DNA of 64,000 nt, from contig OZ251248.1 in NCBI GenBank assembly GCA_965240325.2, positions 868,001-932,000 on the forward strand, read 5' to 3'. The translations under genes were made by a program, and so were the position numbers. Source of the DNA: Rebecca billardiae RCC1528. Taxonomy: Eukaryota; Protista; Haptophyta. Below, piece after piece: positions 1-13,349 of the stretch (position 1 is the stretch's first letter; every line of letters starts with the position of its first letter). The notes beneath the pieces are model-generated. The model saw nothing but the letters and a program-made list of their open reading frames with translations. It searched no databases and was not told the DNA's origin.

Positions 1-3000
1 TCGTCGTCGGCGGCGGCGCCGCCGGCCCGCTCCGGGCTGCCGGCCCGCAGCGGCAGCTGGATCAGTCCGAGGACCCCTAGCTCGACTGCGCCGGCCGCGC
101 CGGGCGTGGCGCCGAGCGCATCGGCGCGCGGGGACGGCTCGAGGCTCGTCCGCACGAGCCGGAGCACGCACCACACGCCGCCGCCGCCATCGTCATCGCT
201 GCTGCGCCGCCGCCGTCCGCCTGCGCCGGCGCCTCGCGGGCTGCGGCGCGGCTGCGGCGGCGGCGGCGCGGCCGCTGCGCCTTGGGAGCGAGCGGAGACG
301 GCCACCGCCTCCGCAGCGGCGGCAGCCGGCGTCGGCGCGGCCCCGTGCGCCGGAGCCGCGTCGCCGCTGAGTGGCAGAGGGTCGGCCACGAGCGCCAGCA
401 CGGCCTCGCTGCCGCCGCCGCCGCCGCCGCCGTCCGGCACGGCCGTCGGTGTCGGCGGCGCTGCGGCCGAGCCGACGCCGCCGGCGCCGCCGGTGGGCGG
501 TGCTGCGCCGGCACCGCCAGCGCCAGCCGCCGTGCCGGGCGGCGGCGGCGGCGGCGCGGCGGCGGCGCCACCGCCGCCGCCGCCGCGGCCCGCGCCGAGC
601 GGGGCGATGGCCAGGACCACGCGGCCGTGCGCGCGCGTCGTCAGCGGCCAGGGCGCGAGCGGCGCGCGCGCGAGTGGTGCGCGCAGCGCGTCCGCGGCAG
701 TTGCCCAGTGCAGCGGGCGGCTGAGCGGCAGCAGCGGCCTGCGCTGCGGGTGCGGCGCGCGCCACAGCCGCGCGGGCGTCTGCCCGAACGCCGCCGCCTG
801 CTCCCGGAGTGCCGCCCGTTCCACCGGACTCTCGATCGTCTCCAGCCGGACTGCAGCCGGGTAAGTCAGGTAGTAGAATAGATTCGCCGACGCCTCGGCG
901 GCCGGCCCAGACTGCTTGTGCCCAAAGACAAGGTCGATCCAGCCGTGCAGGCTCGCCGAGACCGCCTCCGACTCGAGCGCGCGGCGGTGCACCTCCACGA
1001 ACGCGTGCGCGTCGCCGCGCGCCCAGCGGGGCAGCTCGACGTCGCCGAGCGTGACCCCATCCTGCCGCGTGCCGAGCGAATATCGGTTCCGGTTTTTTAA
1101 AAAGTCGGCGGCGCTGCCTGCGCGCGCGGTCGGGCGCGGGCGCGCGCGGCCGCGTGAGTGGTGGCCGGTGCGCGCCTCGGCGGCCAGCCCGGCCCAAGCG
1201 GCGGCGGCGGCGGTGGCATCCGCATCCCTCGCGCGCGTGCACGCACGCGGCGCGGTGCGCTGCCGGGCGGTTGTCGCGCCCGCGCGCATGGCTGCGCGCG
1301 TGCGCAGAGCGGGCCGCGACTCCACGGCAGCAGCAGCCGCGCGCGCCCACGCGAGTCTGCGCATAGACCAAGCAGCCGTCCAACACAAGCTATACACTCT
1401 GGACACACACGCATTTGCAAGCACATAGAGACACACCACCGACAATAACCACACACGAGTCGAGAACACTCCAAATAGAAACGGAATAGAAAAACCATAG
1501 AAAGACGCCGGCGCGCGCGCACCGTAAAACTCAGGGATCAGCTCCTTCACGTCAGAGAGGACTGAGAAGGCGGAGGCGGCGCACCGGACTATTGAGTCGA
1601 ACTGGCGGTCCGGCAGGTCGAAGCGGCCCTCCTGCACGGCGATGGCGCACGACGTGTACGGCTCGAGGCTGCGGGGTGGGCGGCGCGCGGCGGAGGGCTA
1701 GGCGTGTGAGCGACGCCGCAGCAGCCGCCACCGCCCCCACGGCGCTCGCGGCACCGCGCTCGCCGTCGCGCGCACTGCGCTCAGCCGCGCGTGGCGGCGC
1801 GGCGGCGCGGCCGCGCGCGCTCGCAGCCGGCGACAGCACGCGCGGGCGCGCGCGCGCGTACGGCGCGCGCACCGCAGCAGGAAGAAGAGCACGATCCCCA
1901 TCGACGAGTAGTGCGAGCCGTAGTGAAACGGAGGCACGCCGCCCTGTCCCGCGCCCGCCTGGCCGAGGTGGGTCAGGTCCATGCTTCGGTATCGCTCGGT
2001 GACGGCGGCGAGGCGCTCGGGGGTGCCTGCCGCGCCCATCGGCTTGGAGAGGTCGCGCCAGGCGCCGGCGTCGGCGAGGTCGAGCTCGTCCGCCGCGTAC
2101 GCCGCCGCGCTGAGCACCCACGGCATCACCGGGTATTGATTCAGGTCGAGGTACGACCGACCCGCATGCGCATTCAGCTCGAGCAGGTACTCATAATTAC
2201 TCAGCTCGCGGCGCTGCCACCGCTCGCAGAGCGCGCGCAGCGTGGCGCCGCGCCCGCGCGACGCCGCGTCGAGCTGCGCGCACGCGCGGCGCAGCGCGCG
2301 CACGCACGCCGAGCGCGCGGCCGCCCCCTCGAAGACCAGCAGACAGCCGCCGTCCGCCGCGCCCGCCGCGCCGCCCGCGCACGCACCGAAAACTTCGAGG
2401 CCGCAGTCCGCCAGCTGGTACCGCCGGCGCAGCGCGCGCGTCACCCGGTCGGCGGTGGTGGCCCACGCCCACTGCACCGCCGCTGAGGGCAGCGCCGCCG
2501 CCGTGCCGCCGGCGCCGAGCGTCGGCGTCGGCGTGTGCGGCGCGCCGCCCGCCGCCGGCCCGCCGGGGCCCGGCGCCGCCGGCGCCGGCACCTCGCCTGC
2601 CCAGTCCGGACCGCCCGGACCATCCGGACCGTCCGGCTCGAAGCGCACGGCGGCGCGCGTCACGGTGAGCGTGCCGAGCCGCGCCTGCAGCGGCAGCACA
2701 CGCAGGCAGCGCAGCGTGGCCAACGGCGGCTCGGCGGGCTGCGCGCGCGGGTGCGCGGGTGCGCGGCGCGGCGGCGGCGGCGGCGCCGGGCGCGGCGCGC
2801 TCGGCGCGGCCATGGGCGGCGGCGGCGCCGCCGCGCCGCCGGGCGGCCCACCGCCGCTGCGCTCCGGACCGCCTGGCCCGGCGGCGGGCGGCGGCACGTC
2901 CGCGCCCGTCGCCTGCGAGGCGTCGGCGTCGGCATGGGCGGCAGCGTCGCTGCTGAAGGGCAGGCTGTCGCCGTCGGCGCCGCAGCCGCAGCCTTCCGAG

Positions 3001-3159
3001 CCGGCGGCGGCGCGCCGCGCGCCCGGCCGCGCGCCCTCCGCGCCGCCTGCTGCAAGCGCGGCACCGGCGAGCGCGGCAGCGCCGCCGCCCGCATCCGCCG
3101 CGTCCATGTCGTCGCCCACGCCACCGCCGCTCGCGCCGCCCGCCTCTTCCTCTTCCTCC

Positions 3160-3257
<98 letters not shown>

Positions 3258-4317
3258 CGCACTGTCGGGGCGGACGAGCACGAGGGCCGCCGCTGCCGCG
3301 CCGCCTGCGCACGGCACGGGCAGCGGCGGCAGGCCGCGCTCCGCCGGCGCGCGCCCCGCCGCCACCGCCGCCGGCGGCGCCACCGCCGCCTCTGCCCACG
3401 ACGGCAGCGACGGGTCCGCGACCACAATCGTTCGGCGCCGCGCCGAGTCCTCCGCGCTACACACGCGCACGCGCGTCGGCGAAGCGTCCGAGCCATCGTC
3501 GGTGCCGTCGTCCGCGTCGGAGTCGGAGTCGGCCGAGGCGCCGTCGGGCTCGGAGGCCTCGTCGCCGCTGGGCCGCGCCGTCGCGGCGGGCGCGGGCTCA
3601 CTCGGCGCGCGCGCGCGCAGCATCGGCGCCGCGTTGCGCGGCGCGTGCGCGGCCGCGTGCAGCCACGCGCGCGCGCGCAGCCGCGCCCACGCGCCCTCGG
3701 CGCGCGCGGCGCACGCGCTCGCGGCGCCAAGCGCGGCGGCCGCGCGTCGGCGCTCCGCGCCCGCCAGGCTCAGCTCGGCCTCGCGCGTCTCCTCCGCAAG
3801 CCGAGACACCACCTCCGCCGCCGCCGCGCCGCCGTGCGCCTTCGCAAGCTCAAACTCGTCGCGGCGGCGCGAGCGCGCAAGCTCGGCCGCGCGCGCGCGC
3901 GAGCAGGTGTACGCGCGCGCGCCCAGCACGTGCGCGCGCAGCGGGCTGCGCGCCGCGGCGACGAGCGGCGCCCAGTGCGCCGCGGCGTCGAGGAAGGCCT
4001 CCGCCTCGGCGCCGCGCGCCGCCGACTCGCGCATAGCCGCCGCAACCGCGCGGCGCCGCGCGGCGCCGCGGCGCGCGGCCGGCGCCGGTGCCGGTGCCGG
4101 CGGCGGCGGCGGCGCCGGCGCAATCGGCAGCAGCCAGCTCGGCATTGGCGGCGGCGGCGGCGGCGGCGGCGCGGCGCGCTGCTGCGTGCTGTCCGCGCGC
4201 AGCCGGCCCCAGCTCGCGTCGGACGAGGCGCGCGAGCGCAGCGCGACCTCCTGGGGCTCACCCGCGCCGCCGCCGGCGCGCGCCGCCGGCTCGGCGGCGG
4301 CGGTCAAGCGCGGCACC

Positions 4318-4354
<37 letters not shown>

Positions 4355-5286
4355 TCGGATCGGCGGCGGCGGCGCCGTCGCCTGCCGCGCCGTCGCCGCC
4401 GCCGCTGCCGGCCGCGCCGCCGCCGAGCACCGCCACCAGCTCGGCGCCCAGCTGCGGCCAGTATGCGCGCAGCACGCGCTTGAGCGCGGGCACACTCAGC
4501 CGCAGCAGCGCCGCGCGCGCGCCTCGCACCGGCGGCAGCGGCGGGTGCGGCGGCGCGGGCGCGGCGTCGGCGCGTGGCCGGCCGCGCGCGCCGGCCGTGC
4601 CGCGCGCCGCCGCGTCCTCGCGCGCGGCCGCGGCGAGAGCGGCGGGCAGCCAGAGCACGGCCAGCAGCGCGAGCACTCGGCTGCGCTCAGCGTGCCACCA
4701 CGCGCCGCTCGCGCCCGCCTCCACACCGCCTTGCTGCAGGCCAGCGCCGCCGCCGTTGCCGCCGCCGCCTCCGCCGGTGCGCGTCGAGACTGCCGCCCCT
4801 GCGGCGAGCCCGCGCAGCTGCGCGCCGCCCTCCTGGTCGTGCCACAGCAGCTCGCACAGCCGGCGCTCAGCCGCAGCCTCGGCGAGCGCGGCGCGCGCCC
4901 TCGCCTCCGCGGGTTCGGGCGGCCGCCAGCCTTCATCCGCGCCGCGGCTTGTGGTAGCAGCGTCGTCGTCGTCGTCGTCGTCGTCGGCCGCCGCCGCGTC
5001 GGCGTCGGCGGCCGCGGCGGCGTCGATCTCGTCGAGCTGCTGACGAAACGCTGCGTCCGCGTCGGCGCCGGCGCCGTCCGCGTCGTCATCGCCGCCGCCG
5101 CCGCCGCCGCCCACGTCGCGGCCGAGCGGCGCGGCCGACACCGCCGCGCTCAGCTCGAGGTGCAGCAACGTGAAGAAGAGCGTCTTTGGCGGCTCGGCGG
5201 CGGGCGGCTCGGCGGCGGCCGCGTCGTCGGGCCGCGGCGGCGCGGCGTGCCGCGGCAGCGGCGGCAGCTCGCGCTCAGAGAGCAGC

Positions 5287-5323
<37 letters not shown>

Positions 5324-8300
5324 TCCCCGCCGCCTCGGCGCCCGCGCCGGCAGGCTGCTCGAGCTCCGCGGCGCTCGAGGCGAAGGCGCCGTTCACGCGG
5401 CCGAGCGCGGCGGCGTGCGGCGCGGCGTGCAGCAGCCGCCGCGCCTCGTCATCCGAGAGCGCTCGCAGCACGAGCGCCGACGCGGCGCAGAGCACGGTGT
5501 GCACGAGCGGGGCGTCGAGCCACCAGTCCACTCTGCCCGCGCCGCCCCAGCCGCCGACCGGCGGCGGCGGCGGCAGCAGGCTCGCGCCTAGCCCGCTGCG
5601 CGCGGCGTCGTGCGCCGTGCGCGCGCGCCACACGCCGCGCACGGCGCCGTACCGCGCCACCGCCGCCGCCGCCGCCGCCTCCGCCTCCAGCTCTAGCCAC
5701 AGCGCCTCGGAGGCGCCGGCCGCCGTCTCCGGAAGGTTCTCGGAAAGTTCGTGCGCGTCGCGCGCCACGACGGACAGCAGCGACGACTGCGAGCCGCCTG
5801 TCGCGCCCGTGGCGAGGCTCGGCAGCGTCGCCACGGAGCACCCACTCAGAAGCGAGGGCGGGCGCGCACACCACGCACACCCGCCTCCGCTGCCGCCGCC
5901 GCCGCCGCTACCGGCGGAATAGCTCGCGGCGGCGTGCAGCCTGCGCGGCGGCGGCGGCGGCGCGGCGGCGCCGGCCGCGCCCAGGCGCCCGACGCTCGCC
6001 GCGCGCTCGGGCGCGGCCGGCACGCGGTGCGCCGCGCCTCCGCCACTGCCGCCGTCGTCGACGGAGCGGTAGCGCAGAGGTGGCGGCGCGGCGGCGGGCG
6101 GCGGCGGCGGCGGCTGCTGCTGCTGCGTGCCCGGCGGCGGCAGCGGCGGCAGCGGCGGCAGCGGCGGCAGCGGCGCGGACGCTGAACCCATGGGCGCGCC
6201 CCAACCCTCGCCCTCGTCGCCCGCGGGGGGCTGTGAGGCGCGGCGGTGCGCCGGCGCGGGCAAGACGCGGAGCGTGACTGAGACAGCGGCCGACCGCGCG
6301 CCCGCCGCGGCGCGCTCGGCGCCGCCGTCGGCCGCCGCCGCATCCGCCGCCCTCGCCGCCGCCGGCGGCGGCGCGCCCAGCGCGCGCAAGCGCACAGTCA
6401 CCGCGCACGCCGCGCCGCCCGCGCGCGGCTGCAGACCCGAGGGCCGACCGGCGCCGGCGCCGCCGCCGCCGCCGCGCGGGTGCGCGGCTGGGCTGGCCGC
6501 CGCCGCGTCGGGCCGCGCTCCGCCGGGCGCGACGGCGGGCAGTCCGGGCAGTCCGGGCAGTCCGGGCAGTCCGGGCGAGCCGCCGTACGAGCCGGCGTGC
6601 GACGAGGCGGGCGAGTCGATGGACGCGGCCGCGACGCGCCTCAGCAGCGGCGCGGGCGTCGAGCCATCGGCGAGCATCTCCGCCGTGGCCGCGGGCTCGG
6701 ACGCGGCGGAGCAGAAGGACTCGCAGCCGGCCTGCGCCCACGCGAGCGCGCACGGCGGCGGCGCCGCGCCGCGCGCGGCCGCCGCCGCCGCCGCCGCCGA
6801 GCACGCCGCCGCCGCCGCCGCGCCGGCGCACGCGCCGCCGCACGCGGGCACGGCGGCGCCGCTCGCCTCGGACGGGCGCGGCGGCACGGCGGCGCGCGCG
6901 CACGCGCCACCGGGCGAGCGAGGCAGCGGGCTGCCGCCTCCCTCGTCGTCCTCCTCCGCCGCGCCGCGCTCCGCGCCCGCGCCGGCGCGCGGTCGGACTA
7001 GCTGCTCGAGTGTGAGCAGCGCGATGCAGTGCAGCCGCGTGCACGCACCCGCGAGCCGCGCCGCCGAGCCGCGCGCCCCGCCGCCGCCGCCGCCGTCCGC
7101 TGCGGCAATCAGTCGCTCACAGCGCAGGGCGAGCCTGGCGAGAAGCTCCGCGCGCGCGCCGTGCGATGCGGCGGCGGGCGCGCAGCCGTCCAGCAGCTGC
7201 AGGGAGCGACCGAGCAAAACGTCGAGCGCCGCCCATCCCTCGTGCCGCGGCGGCGGCGGCGGCGGCGAGGCGGCGGCGGCGGCGGCGGCGTCGGCCGCGG
7301 CGTGCTCGGCTGCGGCTGCGGCGGCTGCGCCGCCGCCAGCCGAGGCCGCCGAGGCAGCGCGCTTGCCGAGGCGCGAACCGGTCGCAGCGGGCGACGGCGT
7401 GGCGGGCGAGGCGGACTGTGTCGCCGCTGGGCCCGCAGCGTCGGAGTGCGCGGTTGATGAGCGCGCGCGCGCGCGCTGCGGCTGCGGCGGCGGCGGGTGC
7501 GGCGGGTGCGGCGGCGGCTCCGCTGGTCCCGCGAGCGCCGCCGCCGCGCCCAGGCTGTCGTGTGAGGCGGTGGCCAGCAGCTCCACGCACGCCTGCGCCT
7601 CGGCGCGCGCCCGGCCCAGTGCCTCGGCCGCGAGCGCCGCCACTTGTGCCTCTGCGCCCGCGCGCGGGCTGAGGGCAGGCTGTTCGGCAGGGGTAGGGTT
7701 GGGGTGGGTAGGGCTGGGGGTAGGGTTGGGGTGGGTAGGGCTGGGGGTAGGGTTGGGGCCGCCCTCCGCCTCGTCCTCCGGAATCGGCCGCGGCGGCGCG
7801 GCGAGGGGGGACGAAGGCGGGCGCGGCGCCGGCGGCGCGTGCGCGCCCGCCTCGGCGGCCGCAGCGGCGGCTGCTGCGGCGACGGCGGCGGCGGTCGCCG
7901 GCCGCGCGCCACTCGAAGGGCTATGCCCCGGCGTCCCGGCGCCGTGTCTCTCAAAGCCAGCAGTGCTGAACCCACTGCTGCGGCGGCGCGCGGCGAGCGC
8001 GTCCAGCGCGCCGAGCGCCTCGGCGGCCGCCGCGCGCTCGGCGAGCGCCGTGCCCAGCAGCGGGGCCATCGCCACAGCCCAGTCCGTTCGGAGCAGCGAG
8101 CCCAGAGCGTCAGCTGTCGCGATCTCGGCTGCCGAGATCTCGTGATGACGGCGGTCGTTGGCGCCGCCGTCCGCGCCACGGCGCGCGGCGCCGAGCCCGA
8201 CCGAGCGGCGCGCGCCGCCGAGCGAAGCACCCTTCAGATGCAGCAGGCACCACTCGAGCGCGCGCAGCCGGAGTCGGTGGCTGGCCGCCTCGACGGCGCT

Positions 8301-10660
8301 CGCGCGCCCGGCGTCGTCGTCGTCGGCGTCGGCGCCGCGCGGCGCGGCCGCGGCCGCGCGCAGCAGCGTAGGCAGCAGCAGGCTGTGCGGCGCGGCGGCG
8401 CGGCCGGCTCCGGCGGCGCCGCCGTCGTCTGCGTCGTCGTCGTCGGGGTCACCGAAGCTGAGGCAGGCGCCTCCCGCGGCCTCCTCCGCCGCGCGCGCCG
8501 CCGCGTCCACCGCGTCGCCACCGCGCCGCTCCCAGCCCTCGTCGCCGCCTTCGCCTTCGCCGTCGCCCCCAGCGGCGCCGGCCGCCGCCGCCGCGCCGTC
8601 CGCGTCCGCGCGCCTGTCCGATTCTGCCAGGTCGCACACACCCGGGGACCCTCCGCGCGCGCTCGGCGCGCGCAGCAGCACGCGCGCCAGCGCGTCGAGC
8701 AGCTCGGCCGCGCGCGCCGCGCGCAGCCGCGCGCGCTGCCCCGCGGCCGGCGCGAGCGCGCACGCCAGCGCGACGTCCAGCACCTCGGAGCCGCGCGCGC
8801 CCCGACTGAGCAGCGTCGACCAGGGCGGCGGCGGCAGCGCGCCCGGCCAGGGCGGCGCGGCGGGCTCGAGGGCACCGCCGCCGCCGAGCGCGCCGAAGCG
8901 CGCGCCTGGCGCGGCGGGCGAGGGCGCGAGCCCGCCGCCGCCGCCGCCGCCACCGTCCCCAGCCCACCGCTCGAGAGCACTCGACGCCACCGCGAGTGCG
9001 AGCGAGCTCGCAGCCGCGACCGCGCGGTGCGCCGCGTTTGGCGCGGGCGGCGCGCGCGGCGGCGCGGACAGCGCGGCGCCGCCCGCGCGCAGCAGCTCGC
9101 AGAGTAGCCGCGCGAGCAGCGCGCAGCTGCGCCCGTCCGCCTGCGCGCGCCGCCGCAGCAGCAGCGCGCACAGCGCGCGGCTCCGGAGCGGCGTGCACAA
9201 CTCGCGCACCGTGCGCGGCGCCGCGCGACCGTCAAGACTCAGCCGCAGCAGGCATCGGCACACGCGCGCGCACGGCGCGCCCGGCGCGCACGCCGCCGCA
9301 TACGCGAGGGCGGCCGCGAGCTCGCGCGAGGCCAGGGTGTCCGCGTCCGCCTCGGCGCCCACGCCGGCGTGCCCTGTGTCGGAGGCGTCGGCGCGCGCCG
9401 AGGCACCGTCCCTTCCGCCGCCGCCGCCGCCGCCGCCGTCACCGCCGCCGCCGCCGTCGTCACCGCCGCCGCTGCCGCCTTCGCTGCCTTCGCCTTCGCC
9501 GCCGCCGCCGCCAGTCGCGGCCGCGAAGAGAGCGTCAAGCGCCAGAGCGTCCAGAGGGACCCACGAGTTAGGGTTAGGGTTAGGGCCCGGTGGGCCCCAC
9601 GCGTCCGCGTCGAGCGGCGCAGGCGGCACCGCCGGCTCCGGCCGAGCAGTGGAGGCGGCGGCGGCGGCTGGCTCGAGCGGCGCGGCGCCCCGCTGTGCGC
9701 TGAGCACGGCACGGCGCACCCACGGTGGCGGTGGCGGCCATGGCTGCGTGTCGTCGCCATCGGCAGTGCCGCCGTCGGCCCTCGCTGCCGCGGCCGCCGC
9801 CGCCTCCGATGTGCTGAGCACAGCGCCGAACGCGCGTGCCACGCAGTCTGAGCGGCGCAGCAGCGCGCGCCGCCGGCGCGCGGGCGCGGCGCAATCGGCG
9901 CCGTCGCCGCCGCCGCCGCCGACGGCGCACCCGCCGCGCACACCGAGGGTGTCCGTGTGCTCGCGGGCGCGCGCGCCGCGGCCGGGCACGCGCAGCGCGC
10001 GCGCCAGCTCGGTCAGGTGGCGGGCGAGGTTGTCGACGCGAAGGCGGGCGGCGATGCGGTGTTCCGCTGCCAAGGCGGCGGCGGCGGCGGCGCCCGCCGC
10101 CGGCCCGCGCGCGGCGCCGCTACCCTCGCCGGCCACGGCGGCGGCCAGCGGCGGCTGCGCGCCCGCCGCGCCATGCCAGCCGCCGCCGCCTTCGGCCGCC
10201 GCAGCCGCACCCCAGCCACCGCCGCCGCCCCCGCCGGCCACCGTCGGCGCCGCCCACACATGCCATACCCGCGCGCTCAGCAGTATTCTCTCAACTAGCG
10301 CGAGCGCGAGCGTGGGCGCGGGGTCGCGCGGGTGAGCGGCGCCGACGGCGGCGGCGGGTCCGCCCCCCGCGCCGCCGCCGCCGCCGGCCGCCGCCGGCTC
10401 GGCGAGTGCCCCCAGCTCGGTGAGCAGGCCGAGCAGCTCCCAGAGCGCGCGCACGGTGCGCGCGCCCGCGCGCGCCTCGGGCCGCGTGCCGCCCGGCGGC
10501 GCCGGCGTTCCGAGCAGGGCCTCGGCCAGCAGCGCCGGGCCGCCGGCCGCGTGCAGCTCCGCGCGGTGCAGCGCCGAGTGGCGGAGCGTCTCGGCAAGCA
10601 GGCGCACGCACGCCGCGCAGTGCGCGTCCGCCGCGCTTGAGGGCTCAGGCGGCGGCACTG

Positions 10661-10692
<32 letters not shown>

Positions 10693-11166
10693 GCTGCGGC
10701 GCGCTCGGCGGGCGGCGGCGAGGGCGGTGCCGCCTCGATCGCCGCCGCGCGCGACAGCAGCTGCAACGCCCACAGCGGGCCGGGCAGCGCGTCGCGCACT
10801 GTGCCGCACCCGCCGTGCTCGCCGCCCGGCGCGCCGCCCATCACCACCGCGGTGCCGCGCCGCAGCAGCAGCGGCCGCGTCACCGCTCCAAAGCCATAGC
10901 ACCGCAGCGGCGCGTCGGCGGGCCCGGGCGGCGCGCATTCCGACGGCCGCCACGCGCCGCCGAGCGCGCGCGCGCGGCCGAGCGCGCGACCGGTTGGCCC
11001 CTCCACTGCGAGAGCGCGCGCCTCGGCCTCGGCGAGCGGCCGGTCGAAGCATGCCACGCCCGCGACTCGGACCGCCAGGCCAAGGGGCTCCGCGGAGGCG
11101 CTCGGGCGCTGCTCGGCGTCCGCCGCGCCGCCGCCGCCACCTGCGCAGCCGCCCCCGCCGCCGCCG

Positions 11167-11202
<36 letters not shown>

Positions 11203-11590
11203 AGGCGCCACTCGGACGTCGCGCCGCCGCCGCCGCGCTCGGCACCGCCGCCCGCCGCCGCGCCCTCGACGCCCCCAAGCACCACGCAGCGCACGCCGCC
11301 GTCAGCCGCGCCGCCGCCACCCCCGCCGCCGCCCGCCGCGCCCGCCGCCGCCGCCGCCAGCAACGCCGCGGACGGCGGCGCGGGCAGCGGCGGTGCCATC
11401 AGCTCGCCGTCGACGCGGAGAGACACAAGATCGCGAGCGGCCGCGCCGCCCAGCCCGAGCGCGGGCAGCCCCGCGCTCGCGCCCCGCTCCCAGCACAGCG
11501 TCACGCAGAGCCAGCGCCGCGTGCGCACGGCGCAGCCGGCGCGCGCGCCGGTTGGGCAAGGGGCGGCGGGCTCGGACGATGCGTCCGCGT

Positions 11591-11622
<32 letters not shown>

Positions 11623-13177
11623 GGCGGTACAGCGCGATCGGCGCCGACCCCACCGCCGGCGGTCGTGGCACTGGCCCCAGAGGACGGCGCCCCGAGCCCG
11701 CCCGCACCCGGCGTGCCCTCAGCCGCGCCCTCGGCCGAGCCCGCCGCCCGAGTCGAGCTCACACGCGCGCTCGAGCCGCCGCCGCCGCTAGCGCCGCCGC
11801 CGCAACCGCCCGCCGTCGCCGCTTCGGTGTGGGAGGCTGAGGCTGAGGCGCGCGCGGCGCCGAGGCGCCGGCCGACGGCGGACGCGAGCGAGCGCGCGGG
11901 GCGACGCGCCGTGAGCGCCGAGAGCGCCGACGCCGCCGCCGTCGAAACCGACGCCGCGAGCTGGCGCGGGCGCGAGCGCCGCGCCGGCCGCTGTTGCTCC
12001 CACGTGCAGAGTTGAAGGCGCGCGACGGCCGCGCCGCGCTCGCAGCTGAGGAGCAGCTCGAGGCCGCAGCCGCCATCGTGCGGCGGCGCGGGCGCGGCGG
12101 CGGCGCCGCCAGCGCCGCGCGCACCGCCCGGCTCGGCCGCGCCGCCGCCGGGCCCCGCCGCCGACGCACAGGCGGCCGCACCGCCGCTCGGCGCGCCGCC
12201 GCCGCCGCCGCCGCCCGCCGCCGCGCTCAGTCGGAACACGCAGCAGCGCGCGGCCGCCGCCCCGTCCGCACCACCCGCCGCGCCGTGGGCGTGCCCCGGC
12301 GGCGGCGCGTCACCAGGCCGTCGCCGCGCCGCCGCGGCCGCCTCCGCGGCGGCCGGGGCCCCGTCCGGACAGTCCGGGCAGTCCGGGCAGTCCGGGCAGT
12401 CCGGGGCCTCGAGCCAGAGCCACAGGACCACAGTCCAGCCGGATCGCGCGCCGAGCGCGGCCAGCCGCGCGGCGGGGAGCGCGCAGAAGGGCTCGAGGCT
12501 CGGCGCGGGCGCGCCCCGCGCCAGCCCGACGACGCCCGCGCCCACGCGCAGCGCGAAGTACGCGCGCCCGTACGCGCAGCCGTCGGGCGCGGCGGCGGCG
12601 CACGCGGCCAGCGCCTCGAGCAGCGCGAGTGCGCGCGCCGCGGCGCGCGGGCGCACGAGCAGCGCGCTCGGCGCGTCGGGCGGGCGCAGGCCGAGCGCGC
12701 GATCGCGCTCCTCCGCGGCCAGCCGCTCGTGCGCGCCCGTGTCGTCCGCCAGCCACACGGCGAGCGCTCGGAGCGCGGGGCGCAGCGAGCCGGGCCGATC
12801 GCCGCGCGCGCTCGCGCGCGCGGCGAGCGCGCCGAGCACGGGCGCGGCGGGTGAGTCGTGCGCGAGGAGGTCGGGGAGCGCGTCGAGCAGCACGGCCACC
12901 GAGCGCACCTCGCCCGCCGCGCCCTCGCGCGACGGCGGCGCGCGCAGCGCGCGCGCGAGCCGTCGGGCATGCGCCGAGCGCGCGCCGGCCTGTCGCGCGG
13001 CGCGGCGGCGCGGTGGGCGTGGCGCGCGTGAGCGGCGGGGGTTCCGAGCGCAGGGCTTGGCGCGGGGCGCGTGCCGCGGCGCGGCGTTTGGCGCGCGCGC
13101 ACCGCGCGCAGCCGCTCCGCCTCGGCGGCGAGCAGGAGCAGGCCGCCGTCCTCCTCCGCGCGAGAATGAGCGTCCAT
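1..13177 (-). CDS. Giant BEACH-domain protein (neurobeachin/LRBA/LYST family; ConA-like, PH and BEACH domains), 3' end beyond the window
   Basis: Predicted exons on the minus strand: 13177-13103 (MDAHSRAEEDGG...), 12989-1873, 1668-1523, 1117-<1. The GTGCGC..CAG introns (13102-12990, 1872-1669, 1522-1118) join in frame. Spliced translation gives BEACH motifs: ERWQRRELSNYEYLLELNAHAGRSYLDLNQYPVMPW, FHYGSHYS, LLR|LEPYT...GRFDLPDRQF, DVKELIPEFY|G, DVELPRWA, RALESEAVSASLHGWIDLVFGHKQSG, NLFYYLTY, FGQTPARL. A PH-like segment (GTLTVT..VRF, RRRYQLADCGLEVF) precedes BEACH, and ConA-like strands (GWTVVLWLWL, RWLCVTLCW, LRVDGEL) lie near the N-terminus. The start codon and possible extra introns in the 11-kb exon are less certain. 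Confidence 0.9.
3163..3258 (-). repeat. Coding hexamer microsatellite (GCGTCC/GCGTCG)n encoding a poly-(Ala-Asp) tract, followed by a poly-Glu run
   Basis: Read directly; translates as DADADADA...EEEEEE inside the BEACH ORF. Confidence 0.85.
9568..9585 (+). repeat. Interstitial telomeric repeat (TTAGGG)3
   Basis: ttagggttagggttaggg, read as PNPNPN on the minus strand. Confidence 0.8.
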
Positions 13178-13349
13178 GGCGCCACAACTTTCACTTGGCC
13201 GCCGCGCGGGACGTCCGGACACTGAAGCTTCCCAGTCTAGCGCGCCCAGCGGCAGCCGCCTCTCGGTCCGCGCGCGAGGGCGGCATCCTGCGTGCCTCGC
13301 GGCCGACGCGCGCGCCGGCTGCAGCGCGGGCGCGCGGGCGCGCGGGGGC
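13178..13349. promoter_or_regulatory. Putative bidirectional promoter between the BEACH and AP-4 mu genes
   Basis: Only 172 bp separate the two predicted divergent ATGs (13177 minus, 13350 plus). Confidence 0.5.

Noticed and set aside
2242-12854. Plus-strand ORFs of 300-1000 aa opposite the BEACH gene
   Set aside because: Antisense shadows of a GC-rich coding strand, Ala/Arg/Pro-rich with no recognisable motifs.
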